This document shows positions 42,301 through 51,383 of a stretch of DNA of 64,000 nt, in pieces (the first letter of the stretch is position 1; each line of letters starts with the position of its first letter). The position numbers were made by a program, and so were the translations under genes. Below the pieces are notes generated by a model that saw only the letters and a list, made by a program, of their open reading frames with translations, was not told the origin of the DNA and did not search any database. This DNA comes from Phoronis australis (Eukaryota > Animalia > Phoronida): positions 577,520 through 641,519 of the forward strand of contig NMRA01000159.1 of NCBI GenBank assembly GCA_002633005.1, given 5' to 3'.

Positions 42301-45300
42301 GACAACATTGTCTAATTTTCTACTCTTTGGGATAACCATTCACTGCGTCAAATTACAGAGAATTTCCACCGCAACAACATTCACAAGAATATAACGATTC
42401 ATTTCAGGTCTCGTAATCGCACATTTTCTGCAGCGAGCCACGCAAGGTTTTTCACAGCTTGCTTGGACTCATTGCGCTAACCAGCTTGATTTTAGTCGCG
42501 TCGAGTCAGAATAACCGTGCAATGAGTTAAAAATGTCTGTTGGAGGTAACTTGAAGTACTCATGCAATGAAAGGAAGATTCGTTTTTTTTCACATTAAAT
42601 AATCCATAAGCAACCAATATCAACCACACACTAAAGTCAAAAGTAAACGTTAACAAGCAATGTACATTATATGCCATTCACCATGTCGTGGCCATCTTGG
42701 TTACAGCAACTAGCTTTGCAGCTTTTGACAGATCACACTTGTCAAAACACTGCTGAAGAAATGTGAGAAAAATCTCTTAGTAACAAAATGTAATGGGGAC
42801 AGCTAGATGGTTTTCACGGTAACTGTTCAGTTTATAGCATTGTAACCTTAATGTTGCCTCTAAACATCTAAAAGAAGCAATTTGATTATGTGTAGCACTA
42901 AGATTAATTCAATTTTGCAGTGACACTTAGAACCTAAAATAGGACAAGCGTTCAGCCCACAGGTGTCACTGAAAATCAATTCAAACCAATTCAATATTTG
43001 GCTTGTTGAGAGCCATTCTCCCAATACCGGTAATAAAAATAGTAGGATAACACAAATAAGAACTAGTAATTTGGTATTAACAGCAATACCACATTTAAAT
43101 TTACATCAGTAACACTGAAAAGATTTAAGATTTAAAGAAAACAAATAGCATGTCTTTTTGATACCATTTTAGTGTATCTACTTGTCTATGAAAAATTCAA
43201 AATGTCCCTCAGTGAAAAGTGAACATAACAAAATTTCACAACTGTCAAAAACAACTCCAAAGAGATGTTAGTAGCTTCTAGTTGTGTCGAGTATGGAAGT
43301 TATGTCGCAGAGTACTGCAGCAATAGTATGTTAACCTGTTTCAATGTCTAAATTGATCAGATTGGTGAATGAACCACGTCTCAGTTGACACTAAGCAGTA
43401 TGAGTGATTTGTTAGTAATGCAAAAAAACAACTTGTGCTATGCCAGACAGTTAGTTACATTTCGTGCTTTGAAAGTCTGTTTCTAACAACCAGGTAAACA
43501 GAGTATAATACCCTCCCAAAACAGAGCAGGCAAACACTGTTCAATGAAGACCAGCTATTGATCAATAGTGGCTTAACCTGTAATCTGTTTTCAAAAGTAT
43601 TGGTCTGGAAGATCGCACAATGAAATAACTGAACATGCCTGTACTATGAAATAAGTGTTACCATAATAGGCCAATAACACTAGAACCAAACAACTTGACA
43701 AAGTCCCAAACTTGACAGTAGGTTATTCTAAATAAAAACCTGAAAGTTTGGTTTTGTTTCAAATTACATAGGTAGGTCCAAAAAGAGAATATTTCCTTCT
43801 TACTTAACAAACTAAAAGGCAAAAACAATCCGAGGTTACTCAAACAAGCTTCAAGCAATTCTGTAGTATTTGACAAACTGGGGCAATGAGTTGATATGCA
43901 CCCACAACTACATCATGGAAGAAACCAATTTCTAAACCCTAGTGACGATGTAAGACACTACAGAAGAAAAAAGCATCTGAAACTCATCAATTCTGGTACT
44001 ATAATAGTTAATCACAACTCACGCTAAAATAGAATTGGCATTAGAAAGATAATTTTGATAAAACATTTACTCATTACTAGTAGCACAGCAGAACAGGACA
44101 ACAGTGACAAGTGACTTTCTGATACCCAGGATTGTGGGTAAATACAGCAGAACATGAGTGGCACAGTGGTTATTTGGGATGTGGCTACTGTATTAAATTT
44201 CCAAACAAGTTAGTGATGTGAGCACTGAGATCAAAATACTTCTGTTTAGGACACTAAAAATTGCATTTTGTAAAAAAATGGTCAACAAAAGTAACTGTTA
44301 GGGTTGTTTTCTCATCGCCAAACAATGTTTGGTAAATCCTTTTAAGCAATTGCTGCAATGTGGTAAACCTTTCAAAAAGAAAAATATCAATTTTAGTAAA
44401 TAAAAATTCTATTTTCCCAAACTGAAAAGCTGGTCATAAAGAAAACCTCAATACTTTAGGACACAATTATGGCAGACAAGAGAAATTCAATTCTCTCATA
44501 CTTTTATAAAGATCTATTTTGCATCAAATTAATGCTTTATCATGTTCAAATTCCGTACCAAAACTACCGATTACAAAAGAGTTCGAAAATTGCGGACATT
44601 CACAAAAATGTTAAAAGACCTTGAGAAAAGACAAAAAGGTAACCTTGGCAACTATTTTTGTCCAAAATTGGTGAGATTCTACTATTTTTGTGCTACTTCT
44701 ACACCATAATGCCGATGTGTCCATGTTTTGGGGAGTTGCGGTCAGTGTGAACAGTTAATTCAACCCTGGATCGAAGTAAACAGCACCAGTTAACTTTGCA
44801 GTGAACAGATGGATTTAACAATGGAGTGTTGACTCTGTGTTGCAGTATGAAAGGTCAACTTAAGTCTCATTGAAGATATCGCCAGAGGCCACTGCAGGCC
44901 TTTATCCAGGATTTCGAAAATAAGGTGTCAAATTGGGGTTCCTAATATTCCAGGGCGTCCTTGATTCCGACGCATAACCCCCACCCCCAGGACCGTTTAC
45001 CAGCAACCATCCCCCCCCCACACACACATTTTTTGACAAAAAATGCATAGACCAAGGTTTTTACATCTAAGTTTACAAAACAATCTTCTGTAGTGAGCTT
45101 TTTTACAAAAAATGTGTATACCCAGACTTTTACATCTAAATTTACGAAATAAATTTACGAAATCAGCCAAGTAGCTTACCAAAGAAATATTGGAGATATT
45201 GGTTAAATGATGAGAGTATGTTTTTGGTGACCTCAAGTCAAATTGAGGTTATAAAGTTTGTCATATCATTTTAATTTGCTTTAATATTCTGTAAAATTGA

Positions 45301-46389
45301 GTCATCAGAGCTGCAGTTACAAAACAAGAAAAATACCCACATGTGTGATTTATATTTTGGCAACATGTGTCACTGCTGTTCCTTATTAAAACATTAAAAC
45401 GCACAATGAAAAGCATGAAACAAGCGCAAACTCAAAACAAATTAAATGGGCATATTCCTGTGGCACAATATTGCATTAAAATAATGATATTTATTTCGCT
45501 TTTGATCATTTTAAAAAAAGATGGAAATTATGAAGCTCTAAAACACCAGTATGGAGTTGCACTAAGGTATGAACCCTACATATATACATATAGAAGTCTC
45601 CAGTGGAGCTAAGACAACTAGGAGCATAGCCAGCAGTGGAGGAAACTTTAATGCTTGAAAGGTGTTGTAAATACTCAATGCTGTCAACCTACAAAGTGTA
45701 CATACTTTGTAAGTACAATGTATATTTCTTTTTTGAAAAAAGTGAGCTCACTTCTCCCTTCAGCTATGTGCCTGCAATGTGTGTCCTAACTTGAAGGGTT
45801 CCAATTGACAGTGGGCATCCAAATGATACATTGGGCGTCCTTGCCAGGGCGTCCGGACTAGTGCGAGGGCATACGCTGCATGAAGGCCTGGGCCACTGCT
45901 ATCGTCAACAAATAAGGGCAGCGTCGTCACTTACAGTTGCTTATATTTTGCATGAATAATCACCAATCCTATTAGAAATAAGTTTTATGTTAATAACACA
46001 CGTAAATGTTCTCAAATTGTCGCATATGCACGGATTGCATCAGTGCTAACTTGCGATTATTTTGATGACAGCGTCACCTACCATTTACTTCGATGTCAAC
46101 AACTACCAAACCTAGACTGAACAATTCAGTTAACTTCGTAGTTTGTATCAATGCTGTGCTCATAAGGGAGTTAAGTTAGTATGACAGGGCCTTATCAGCC
46201 TTCATTCTTACCAACAATCAGCCATTCACAGTTTGTAGCTGGATTATAATCCTTGTCACCATCTTCAATAATACCGTGTGTGGCCGTTAGAATCTCCCGT
46301 GAACTAGAGCAACCATCTGATGCCCCCTCTTGAGCAAAGAAGACAAACACCAACACTAAGATGGCACACACAGTGTGCCTCGAGACCAT
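9186..46389 (-). CDS. MEGF8: Multiple EGF-like domains protein 8 orthologue, 28 coding exons, 3'-incomplete in this window
   Basis: Hand-spliced GT-AG exons join in consistent phases into a 6527-nt open frame. Domain order SP-CUB-EGF-Kelch-PSI-EGF-LamEGF-CUB-EGF-Kelch-PSI-EGF with two CUB and two Kelch blocks matches MEGF8 rather than attractin. Segments such as CIWTR...PVYNWNC and [11 protein letters not shown] resemble MEGF8 as I recall it. Confidence 0.92.
9811..10069 (-). CDS. MEGF8: MEGF8 exon 27 (PSI)
   Basis: [17 protein letters not shown]...[24 protein letters not shown]; phases 0-1. Confidence 0.93.
10642..10856 (-). CDS. MEGF8: MEGF8 exon 26 (PSI)
   Basis: [16 protein letters not shown]...[20 protein letters not shown]; phases 1-0. 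Confidence 0.92.
10877..10936. repeat. 15-bp tandem repeat AATACAGTTATCCAG x4
   Basis: Perfect copies next to the exon 26 acceptor. Confidence 0.9.
11382..11586 (-). CDS. MEGF8: MEGF8 exon 25 (PSI)
   Basis: VCKWCSNC...[10 protein letters not shown]...[10 protein letters not shown]; phases 0-1. Confidence 0.88.
12067..12214 (-). CDS. MEGF8: MEGF8 exon 24 (PSI)
   Basis: CQNST...[16 protein letters not shown]; phases 2-0. Confidence 0.88.
12780..13047 (-). CDS. MEGF8: MEGF8 exon 23 (Kelch, PSI)
   Basis: ...FYIFGGFDG...MPSDLC...; phases 1-2. Confidence 0.9.
14487..14631 (-). CDS. MEGF8: MEGF8 exon 22 (Kelch)
   Basis: [10 protein letters not shown]...MLVIGGR...YRFMCNQW; phases 0-1. Confidence 0.92.
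15259..15428 (-). CDS. MEGF8: MEGF8 exon 21 (Kelch)
   Basis: [10 protein letters not shown]...SLYVFGG; phases 1-0. Confidence 0.92.
16176..16350 (-). CDS. MEGF8: MEGF8 exon 20 (Kelch)
   Basis: [10 protein letters not shown]...VFGGFS...; phases 0-1. Confidence 0.92.
17258..17402 (-). CDS. MEGF8: MEGF8 exon 19 (Kelch)
   Basis: YFHAAVC...IYVYGG...[12 protein letters not shown]; phases 2-0. Confidence 0.92.
18460..18767 (-). CDS. MEGF8: MEGF8 exon 18 (EGF, Kelch)
   Basis: [14 protein letters not shown]...RMGHTMV...LMFG; phases 0-2. Confidence 0.92.
19709..20041 (-). CDS. MEGF8: MEGF8 exon 17 (CUB, EGF)
   Basis: [10 protein letters not shown]...GAFCG...[11 protein letters not shown]...GFNASY...[11 protein letters not shown]; phases 0-0. 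Confidence 0.93.
20365..20590 (-). CDS. MEGF8: MEGF8 exon 16 (start of second CUB)
   Basis: [15 protein letters not shown]...YCLWMLT...VECGE; AAG acceptor; phases 2-0. Confidence 0.88.
22080..22221 (-). CDS. MEGF8: MEGF8 exon 15 (laminin-EGF)
   Basis: [11 protein letters not shown]...[25 protein letters not shown]; phases 1-2. Confidence 0.93.
22516..22594. repeat. 9-bp tandem repeat TGTTTGGTA
   Basis: About 8-9 copies with variants. Confidence 0.9.
22898..23118 (-). CDS. MEGF8: MEGF8 exon 14 (EGF, laminin-EGF)
   Basis: [10 protein letters not shown]...[10 protein letters not shown]...[10 protein letters not shown]; phases 2-1. Confidence 0.93.
23480..23800. repeat. About 19-bp tandem repeat AGGCAACATTGTCCTTC
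   Basis: More than 12 degenerate copies. Confidence 0.85.
23901..24141 (-). CDS. MEGF8: MEGF8 exon 13 (calcium-binding EGF)
   Basis: [44 protein letters not shown]; phases 1-2. Confidence 0.93.
25186..25439 (-). CDS. MEGF8: MEGF8 exon 12 (PSI)
   Basis: [15 protein letters not shown]...[21 protein letters not shown]; phases 2-1. Confidence 0.92.
25828..26730. mobile_element. Interspersed repeat with internal ~140-bp degenerate units (Helentron/DINE-like?)
   Basis: Starts ACAAGAG; its 5' part is similar to 31071-31250; recurring AAATTTC/AAAATGGC motifs. Confidence 0.45.
26785..26888 (-). CDS. MEGF8: MEGF8 exon 11 (PSI)
   Basis: [16 protein letters not shown]...TCPDICS; phases 0-2. Confidence 0.88.
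28359..28604 (-). CDS. MEGF8: MEGF8 exon 10 (PSI)
   Basis: [10 protein letters not shown]...[14 protein letters not shown]...; TAG/GTAAG; phases 0-0. Confidence 0.92.
28949..29080 (+). mobile_element. tRNA-derived SINE fragment
   Basis: B-box GGTTCGAGTC at 28962-28971 without a full cloverleaf; body shared with 32210-32400. Confidence 0.5.
30040..30189. mobile_element. 150-bp MITE, Harbinger-like, with a truncated second copy at about 30227-30345
   Basis: TIRs GGCCCAGTTGCATAAA / TTTATGCAACTTGGCC flanked by CTG/CAG. Confidence 0.7.
30802..31020 (-). CDS. MEGF8: MEGF8 exon 9
   Basis: LLFVNLD...[17 protein letters not shown]; phases 0-0. Confidence 0.82.
31828..32025 (-). CDS. MEGF8: MEGF8 exon 8
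   Basis: VGLLPRLE...LYGYVHPM...; phases 0-0. Confidence 0.85.
32210..32359. repeat. Near-perfect inverted repeat (about 61-bp arms)
   Basis: CATTTTAAGTCTGGTCTGCACG... / ...CGTGCAGACCAGACTTAAAATG with 3 mismatches. Confidence 0.9.
32740..32891 (-). CDS. MEGF8: MEGF8 exon 7
   Basis: [14 protein letters not shown]...[26 protein letters not shown]; phases 1-0. Confidence 0.9.
33496..33670 (-). CDS. MEGF8: MEGF8 exon 6 (PSI)
   Basis: [24 protein letters not shown]...[10 protein letters not shown]; phases 0-1. Confidence 0.9.
34666..34818 (-). CDS. MEGF8: MEGF8 exon 5 (PSI)
   Basis: ...[13 protein letters not shown]...; CAG/GTAAG; phases 0-0. Confidence 0.82.
35078..35458. repeat. 50-bp minisatellite, about 7.5 copies
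   Basis: AAACCTTTATCAAGCTATCCCAGCTCCATCTATTGCACTATGTCATGCCC units starting at 35178, 35228, 35278, 35328 and so on. Confidence 0.92.
35459..35944. mobile_element. MITE inserted in the minisatellite
   Basis: TIRs CAGGGCTTGGAAT / ATTACAAGCCCTG; the repeat unit resumes (TCTATTGCACT) after the element. Confidence 0.7.
36896..37047 (-). CDS. MEGF8: MEGF8 exon 4 (last Kelch of first block)
   Basis: [33 protein letters not shown]; phases 1-0. Confidence 0.9.
37876..38184. mobile_element. MITE with 17-bp perfect TIRs
   Basis: CAGGGGTACCATAGAAT / ATTCTATGGTACCCCTG. Confidence 0.75.
39464..40613 (-). CDS. MEGF8: MEGF8 exon 3 (end of CUB, EGF, Kelch repeats), 1150 nt
   Basis: [10 protein letters not shown]...YIFGG...YVYGG...YLIGG...; CAG/GTACG; phases 0-1. 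Confidence 0.93.
41379..41542 (-). CDS. MEGF8: MEGF8 exon 2 (CUB)
   Basis: [29 protein letters not shown]...ATSGS; CAG/GTAAG; phases 1-0; absent from ORF track. Confidence 0.92.
44895..45890 (+). mobile_element. Full-length non-autonomous hAT-type element
   Basis: TIRs CAGGCCTTTAT / ATGAAGGCCTG; perfect 8-bp TSD GGCCACTG on both sides. Confidence 0.85.
46212..46389 (-). CDS. MEGF8: MEGF8 coding exon 1 (signal peptide, start of CUB)
   Basis: [27 protein letters not shown]...NCEWLIV; donor GTAAG; ends phase 1; acceptor upstream, exon starts at 46503 (5' UTR part). Confidence 0.88.
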
Positions 46390-47357
46390 GATCCAGTTAC
46401 ACTATATTGTGTTCCATGACGTGGGTTGGTCTCTCGACTGCACGTTTGTAGACATCGCAAAGGCCTTTGAAACTGTTGGGAAGATATATCAACTGTATAG
46501 CATCTGCAAAAGAAAATAAACCACGCATTTTGATTAAAGGACGACAACAAGTCAATATCAATTAAATAAATGTTGGTAGTACGCAGTTAAACAACACAAA
46601 AGCATTGTTTTGTGACAAGGCAGGTGAGCAAATAATCTCCCCAATTAAACAATCAAAGGGAAATCTAAAATTGATTAAAAGTCTCAAAATAAAAATAAAA
46701 TAATTTCCAATATTGCAAGCAAGGTGAGGTCACCACAGGTGGTTCTAAGGGGCTCGATAATCAGCGGTAAATATTTCCCAAATTTATTGTTTTATCGGAA
46801 TCACGATATAACCACTTTTATGACATTGAAGCCACGTTTTCACACCCCAAAAATTGGCGATTTTGAACTTTGTATTTATTACTAGAACGAAAGCTATTGA
46901 ACTCTAATAGTTATTTGACATTGTTTAGAGATGATAATGAATTGATATTCAAATGTCTTGAAAAGAATCAGTGATTTGCCAGCCATATTTCGTAGCTCCA
47001 CTGTACTGATCCTCCCCAAAGGCCGTTTTGAACCTATGTTATTACACTACATCTTATCTGCCCCCCACTGCTAAGAGAATGAAACTTGCACTAAATACTG
47101 ACAGAGTATGGTTCTCTCATCATAAAATAAAAACATTGTCAAGTCAACACGTTAGTTGTGTATTCTGCCACCACTAGATAAGTATTTGAACTTTTTCGAG
47201 CTTTATTTCAACGATTCAGTGCGCCTTGGAATGAAGACGATCTACAACAAAGAGAAGGATAGCCTTCACTAAAATGCGAGGAAAATGAACGTAAAATTAA
47301 TAGGCATTAATCGCTGCAACGTAATGAAAATGCTGCTAAAACACTTAAATCTGATAT

Positions 47358-47745
47358 CAATAGGAACCTTTCAAGTTTGTACTCGCACATTGCAATGATT
47401 ACTAGGAAGCCTCTGAAGGCTCACAGTGGGGGCTCTTTTTCAAAGCAGGAAGAAATATACAATGTATATACAAAGTATATACAATGTTGCTATGCTCACA
47501 CTTGGTTGATAGCATTGTAAAAGTCTTGGTCTACACCAATTTCTTATTAAAAATGCTCACTACAGAAGGCTGTTTTGTAAACTTAGATGTGAAAACCTTG
47601 GTCTATGCATTTTTTTGTAAAAAGAATCTGTGTGTTTGGGGGGATTGCTGGGGATGGGGGGTTACGCGTCGGAATTATGGACGCCCTGGAATATTGGGCA
47701 CCTCATTTTGGACACCCTATTTTCGAAATCCTGGATGAAGGCCTG
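47358..47745 (-). mobile_element. Partial inverted copy of the same hAT-type family
   Basis: Ends ...CCTGGATGAAGGCCTG; reverse complement of 44895-45100 and of 48703-49072. Confidence 0.8.
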
Positions 47746-48702
47746 GTCACTACTGCTAGTAATTACAGCATAATGTCACTAGGTTAGATTCATTGTTACT
47801 GCAAAAAGTATCTAAGAAGCAGATTATAACCACAGGCATCCTCAGCTTCTGATCGTCTCCAAAAAACACTATTGTATATGTATCTGTATGACTGTATATC
47901 ACATATGTATATTTATAACACTACAAAGTATGACACTCTGGACTAGAAATTCCATGGGTGCTTCACTTCAGCCGTCCATAGCAAACTCAAAACAGAGGTT
48001 CAACAAACCATGAGGAACTGTTCTTTCTCCCAATACCATTTACAGTGTCCTGCTCTACAGAGTTCGCAAGAAATTTATGGTCAAAGCGCAAAAATCTTCC
48101 CAAAAAGTCCGTCCGGAGCAACTCCCATGTCCCACACGAAGGGTACGGAATTAAACTTTATATACACATAGTGTACCTAATTATTGGACGGACCCTAATT
48201 ATCAGACATTACATAAAAGTTTACTTGAAGCATAATCTGAGATATAAATAACACCAATTTTTGTTCCGCTGTAATGCATTCAATGTCTGGCACTGTCTTG
48301 TTTTTTCTAGCATTGCCTAGTTTTGATTTCACCGAGAGAGGGTGCAATTTAGACCCCCAATTCTACCTAAAATGGACGATCGCATAAATCGGTTATAAAA
48401 GTAGAAAACAAAATCTTTTTCCACAATGAAATCACCTCATTGAACAGACAATAGGTCACTGTTTCATTTTTTCATGTTTTTAAACTCTAGTCAAACCCGG
48501 CGTGAGTCATATCAAGAAGGTAAAGATATACTAAAAACTTCACAGAGTTTGCACGTGCTTTAGTCGTCTGCACTGATTCATCGAAATGGTTTGGTGCTGT
48601 CATCAGATTTCATGTTATGGAAAATTTTGTTGCGAATGGAGCTGTGTTTTCACAGAATATACCTCAAAACACTCGAGCTGAAATTTGGCTACAAGTAGGC
48701 AA

Positions 48703-49155
48703 CAGGGTGTCCAAAATGGGTTCTCAATATTCCAGGACATCCATGATTCCGACGCGTATCCACCCACCCCCAGCAATCCCCCAAACACACAGATTTTTTT
48801 ACAAAAAATGCATAGACCAAGGTTTTTGCATCTAAGTTTACAAAACAGCCTTCTGTAGTGAGGATTTTTACTAAAAAAACTGGGTAGACCAAGACTTTTA
48901 CAATGCTATCAATCAAGTGTGAGCATAGCAACATTGTATATTTTGTATATACTTTGTATATATACATTGTATATTTCTTCATGCTTTGAAAAAAGAGCCA
49001 CCACTGTGAGTCTTCATAGGCTTCCTAGTAACCATTACAACGTGTGTGTCCAAACTTGAAAGGTTCCTATTGACAGTGGGCATCCAAATGATACATTGGG
49101 CGTCCTTACCAGGGCGGCCATATTAGTGCCAGGACATACGCTGCATAAAGGCCTG
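48703..49155 (+). mobile_element. Partial copy of the same hAT-type family
   Basis: Shared internal sequence; right TIR GCATAAAGGCCTG. Confidence 0.8.
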
Positions 49156-49158
49156 GTT

Positions 49159-49625
49159 GGCAATGACCATCGCCTTTGTTGGCCCAACCAGAGGTGATGC
49201 AGCTCCTATAGGCATTCTATACGCTGGAAGCTCTTCAGCGAATTATGCCTCGCACCGACCAAAACATCAAAGTCACATTGTTTTTTTTCCTTTTGCGCAT
49301 AGAGGAACACCTTAGGAGGTTGTCAATGTATTTAATTCCTTCCAATTCGAACAAATACTCCCGTTATCAAACAATTTTGGGAACTGTACGAGTCACTGCT
49401 CGAACAAAAAGTTCGATAACGGAAGTATTTGTTCGAGTTGGAAGGAATTAAACACACCGACAACCTCCTAAGGTGTCCCTCTATGCGCAAAAGGTATTTA
49501 TAACAAAGTGACTTTCATGCTTTAGCCAATGCGAGGCATAATTTGCCGAAAAGCTTCTGGCGTATGGAGCGCCTACAGGAGCTGCATCGCCTCTGGTCAG
49601 GCCAACAGAGGCGATGGTCATTGCC
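49159..49625. mobile_element. Fold-back (almost wholly palindromic) element
   Basis: Arms of about 215 bp: GGCAATGACCATCGCC... / ...GGCGATGGTCATTGCC; half copies at about 52530-52770 and 62890-63040. Confidence 0.85.
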
Positions 49626-50119
49626 TAGGCTATAAGGTGCCCACGGCCATTACTTGGTTAGTCAGTTTTCCACGGCATGGCGTATGGGGAAACAGGGTGT
49701 TCGATATTTAGGTTCTCCGAAGGTTTGCTAGTTGTGTTTTTTAAAGATCAGTCAGAACATAAATGCGGCTTTCGGTGACAAGATATAGTAACAGAAAATT
49801 CCTTAAAGCCTTAAAGGTAAGTCTTTATTTCAGCAAACAATTTACAACAATCAGTAGTATTTTCAATTAAATATAATGCAGTGTGCCGATAATTAGGTCA
49901 ATTGACTGTAACTGTATCATAACAATGGTTGGTCTACATTAAAGATAAGGCTAAGCCTAAGGGAACTTAATTTGGTTACAAATAGTACAACTAGCACACC
50001 CAACAAATATTTTGGGTAATTGTTTACAATATGATGACATTGACTTATACACATGATTTTGGTATCGTTCGATTCCTTGCAACGTTATCTTTTCAAAAAT
50101 GCACAGAATTTTTTCTTAC

Positions 50120-51345
50120 CCCGTTCCCTTAATATTTTATCGTGAAATTTCTGCTCGCACTATTTCCAGGTACGCGGTAGTGATACCGCCATGTTGAATG
50201 GAAGGAGTCACCTGGTGGTCAAAAACTGAACTAATCTACCGACTCCTGCAGATCGTCGCTTATGATAAGGTCAATTTGACCGAGACCCGTCCATCCCTCT
50301 CCCGAGTTGCGGTCCCAAGGGTTCGAATTTGACCCTGCAAGGGTTCGAATTTGACCCTGGTACGCATTTACTAGCACGAAGTGCGCGAAAAAAGCAGGAT
50401 ATGTTTTTTAGGTCCATATTGGTGAAAACGGTAGCATTTCAGACAATTTCGTGAAAAATGGTCAACTGGTCACAATTATAAAAAATTGGAAAAGGTGAAA
50501 TGCTGCTACTTTTTGCTCTACATTATGTCAGGAAAACTTTAGCGAGAATCTCGCGCGGACAAACACCATTCGAATTGATGATGCTGTTTCATTCATTAAC
50601 AACAGGTGTCACTGTAATCTTGAGTTGCGCTAACATGGTGGTATCAACCGGGAAATAGTGCGAACCAAAATTCGACGATAAAATACGGAGGAAACGCGGT
50701 AGGGGATGCATTCATATATTTTTGAAAAGATAATGTTGCGTCGTTGCGAGGAATCGAAAGATAGTAAAATCATGTGTGTAGGTCAACGTCGTCATATTGT
50801 AAACAATTGCCATATTTTGTACTATACTGGGAATTTCTTCTGATTGATGTCCACTTGGCCAGAATCAGGGAAATTTTTCGATGGACCCTCAGCTCTGGGC
50901 TGAGTATGGCCATGGGCAGTGGTGTTGTGTCCCGTGTCTGTGACTGTGACCAGGTGACTACTGTGACAATTCACGAAGTTAAACGCCCAGAACCACAGGG
51001 TACGTCTACGAAACTACCGAAAAATCTGAATCTCAATTTAGTAGCTTACCTTATCCCGATTTAGGAATTCGTCACGAGAAAGGAAAGGCAACAAACGTCA
51101 ATAACCTTAGTTTTTATTTACAAAAGAAAAATGGCCAAGTCTCGTTAAGTTATGCTTAACGAGAAATGCTCTCGGAAAAATATTAAAGTTAAACAGAAAT
51201 TAAATTCTCAAATACGAGTAATTTTGTAAAAAAAATTGCCTGCAAGAAACTTCTGTCTTTATTTATGAATTAACATAAAAAATAAATTACATTATAAGAC
51301 AGTGACATCTGGTGGGATTTTACCGAATTTAGCGGAAGATGGCGG
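50120..51345. promoter_or_regulatory. Probable divergent promoter region shared by MEGF8 and SELENOF
   Basis: Locally CpG-richer; YY1-like motifs CCGCCATGTT (50186-50195) and AAGATGGCGG (51336-51345); minus-strand donor sites at 50119 and 51049. Confidence 0.55.
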
Positions 51346-51383
51346 ACCTTGTGGGTCTGCTATCGTTTTTCTTCTTACTTTTG
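51339..51383 (+). CDS. SELENOF: SELENOF exon 1 (signal peptide MADLVGLLSFFFLLL)
   Basis: AAGATGGCG start context; donor GTAAGG at 51384; phase 0 joins exon 2. Confidence 0.85.

Noticed and set aside
9186-46389. Assignment as attractin/ATRNL1
   Set aside because: Two CUB domains and two Kelch blocks over more than 2100 aa fit MEGF8, not attractin
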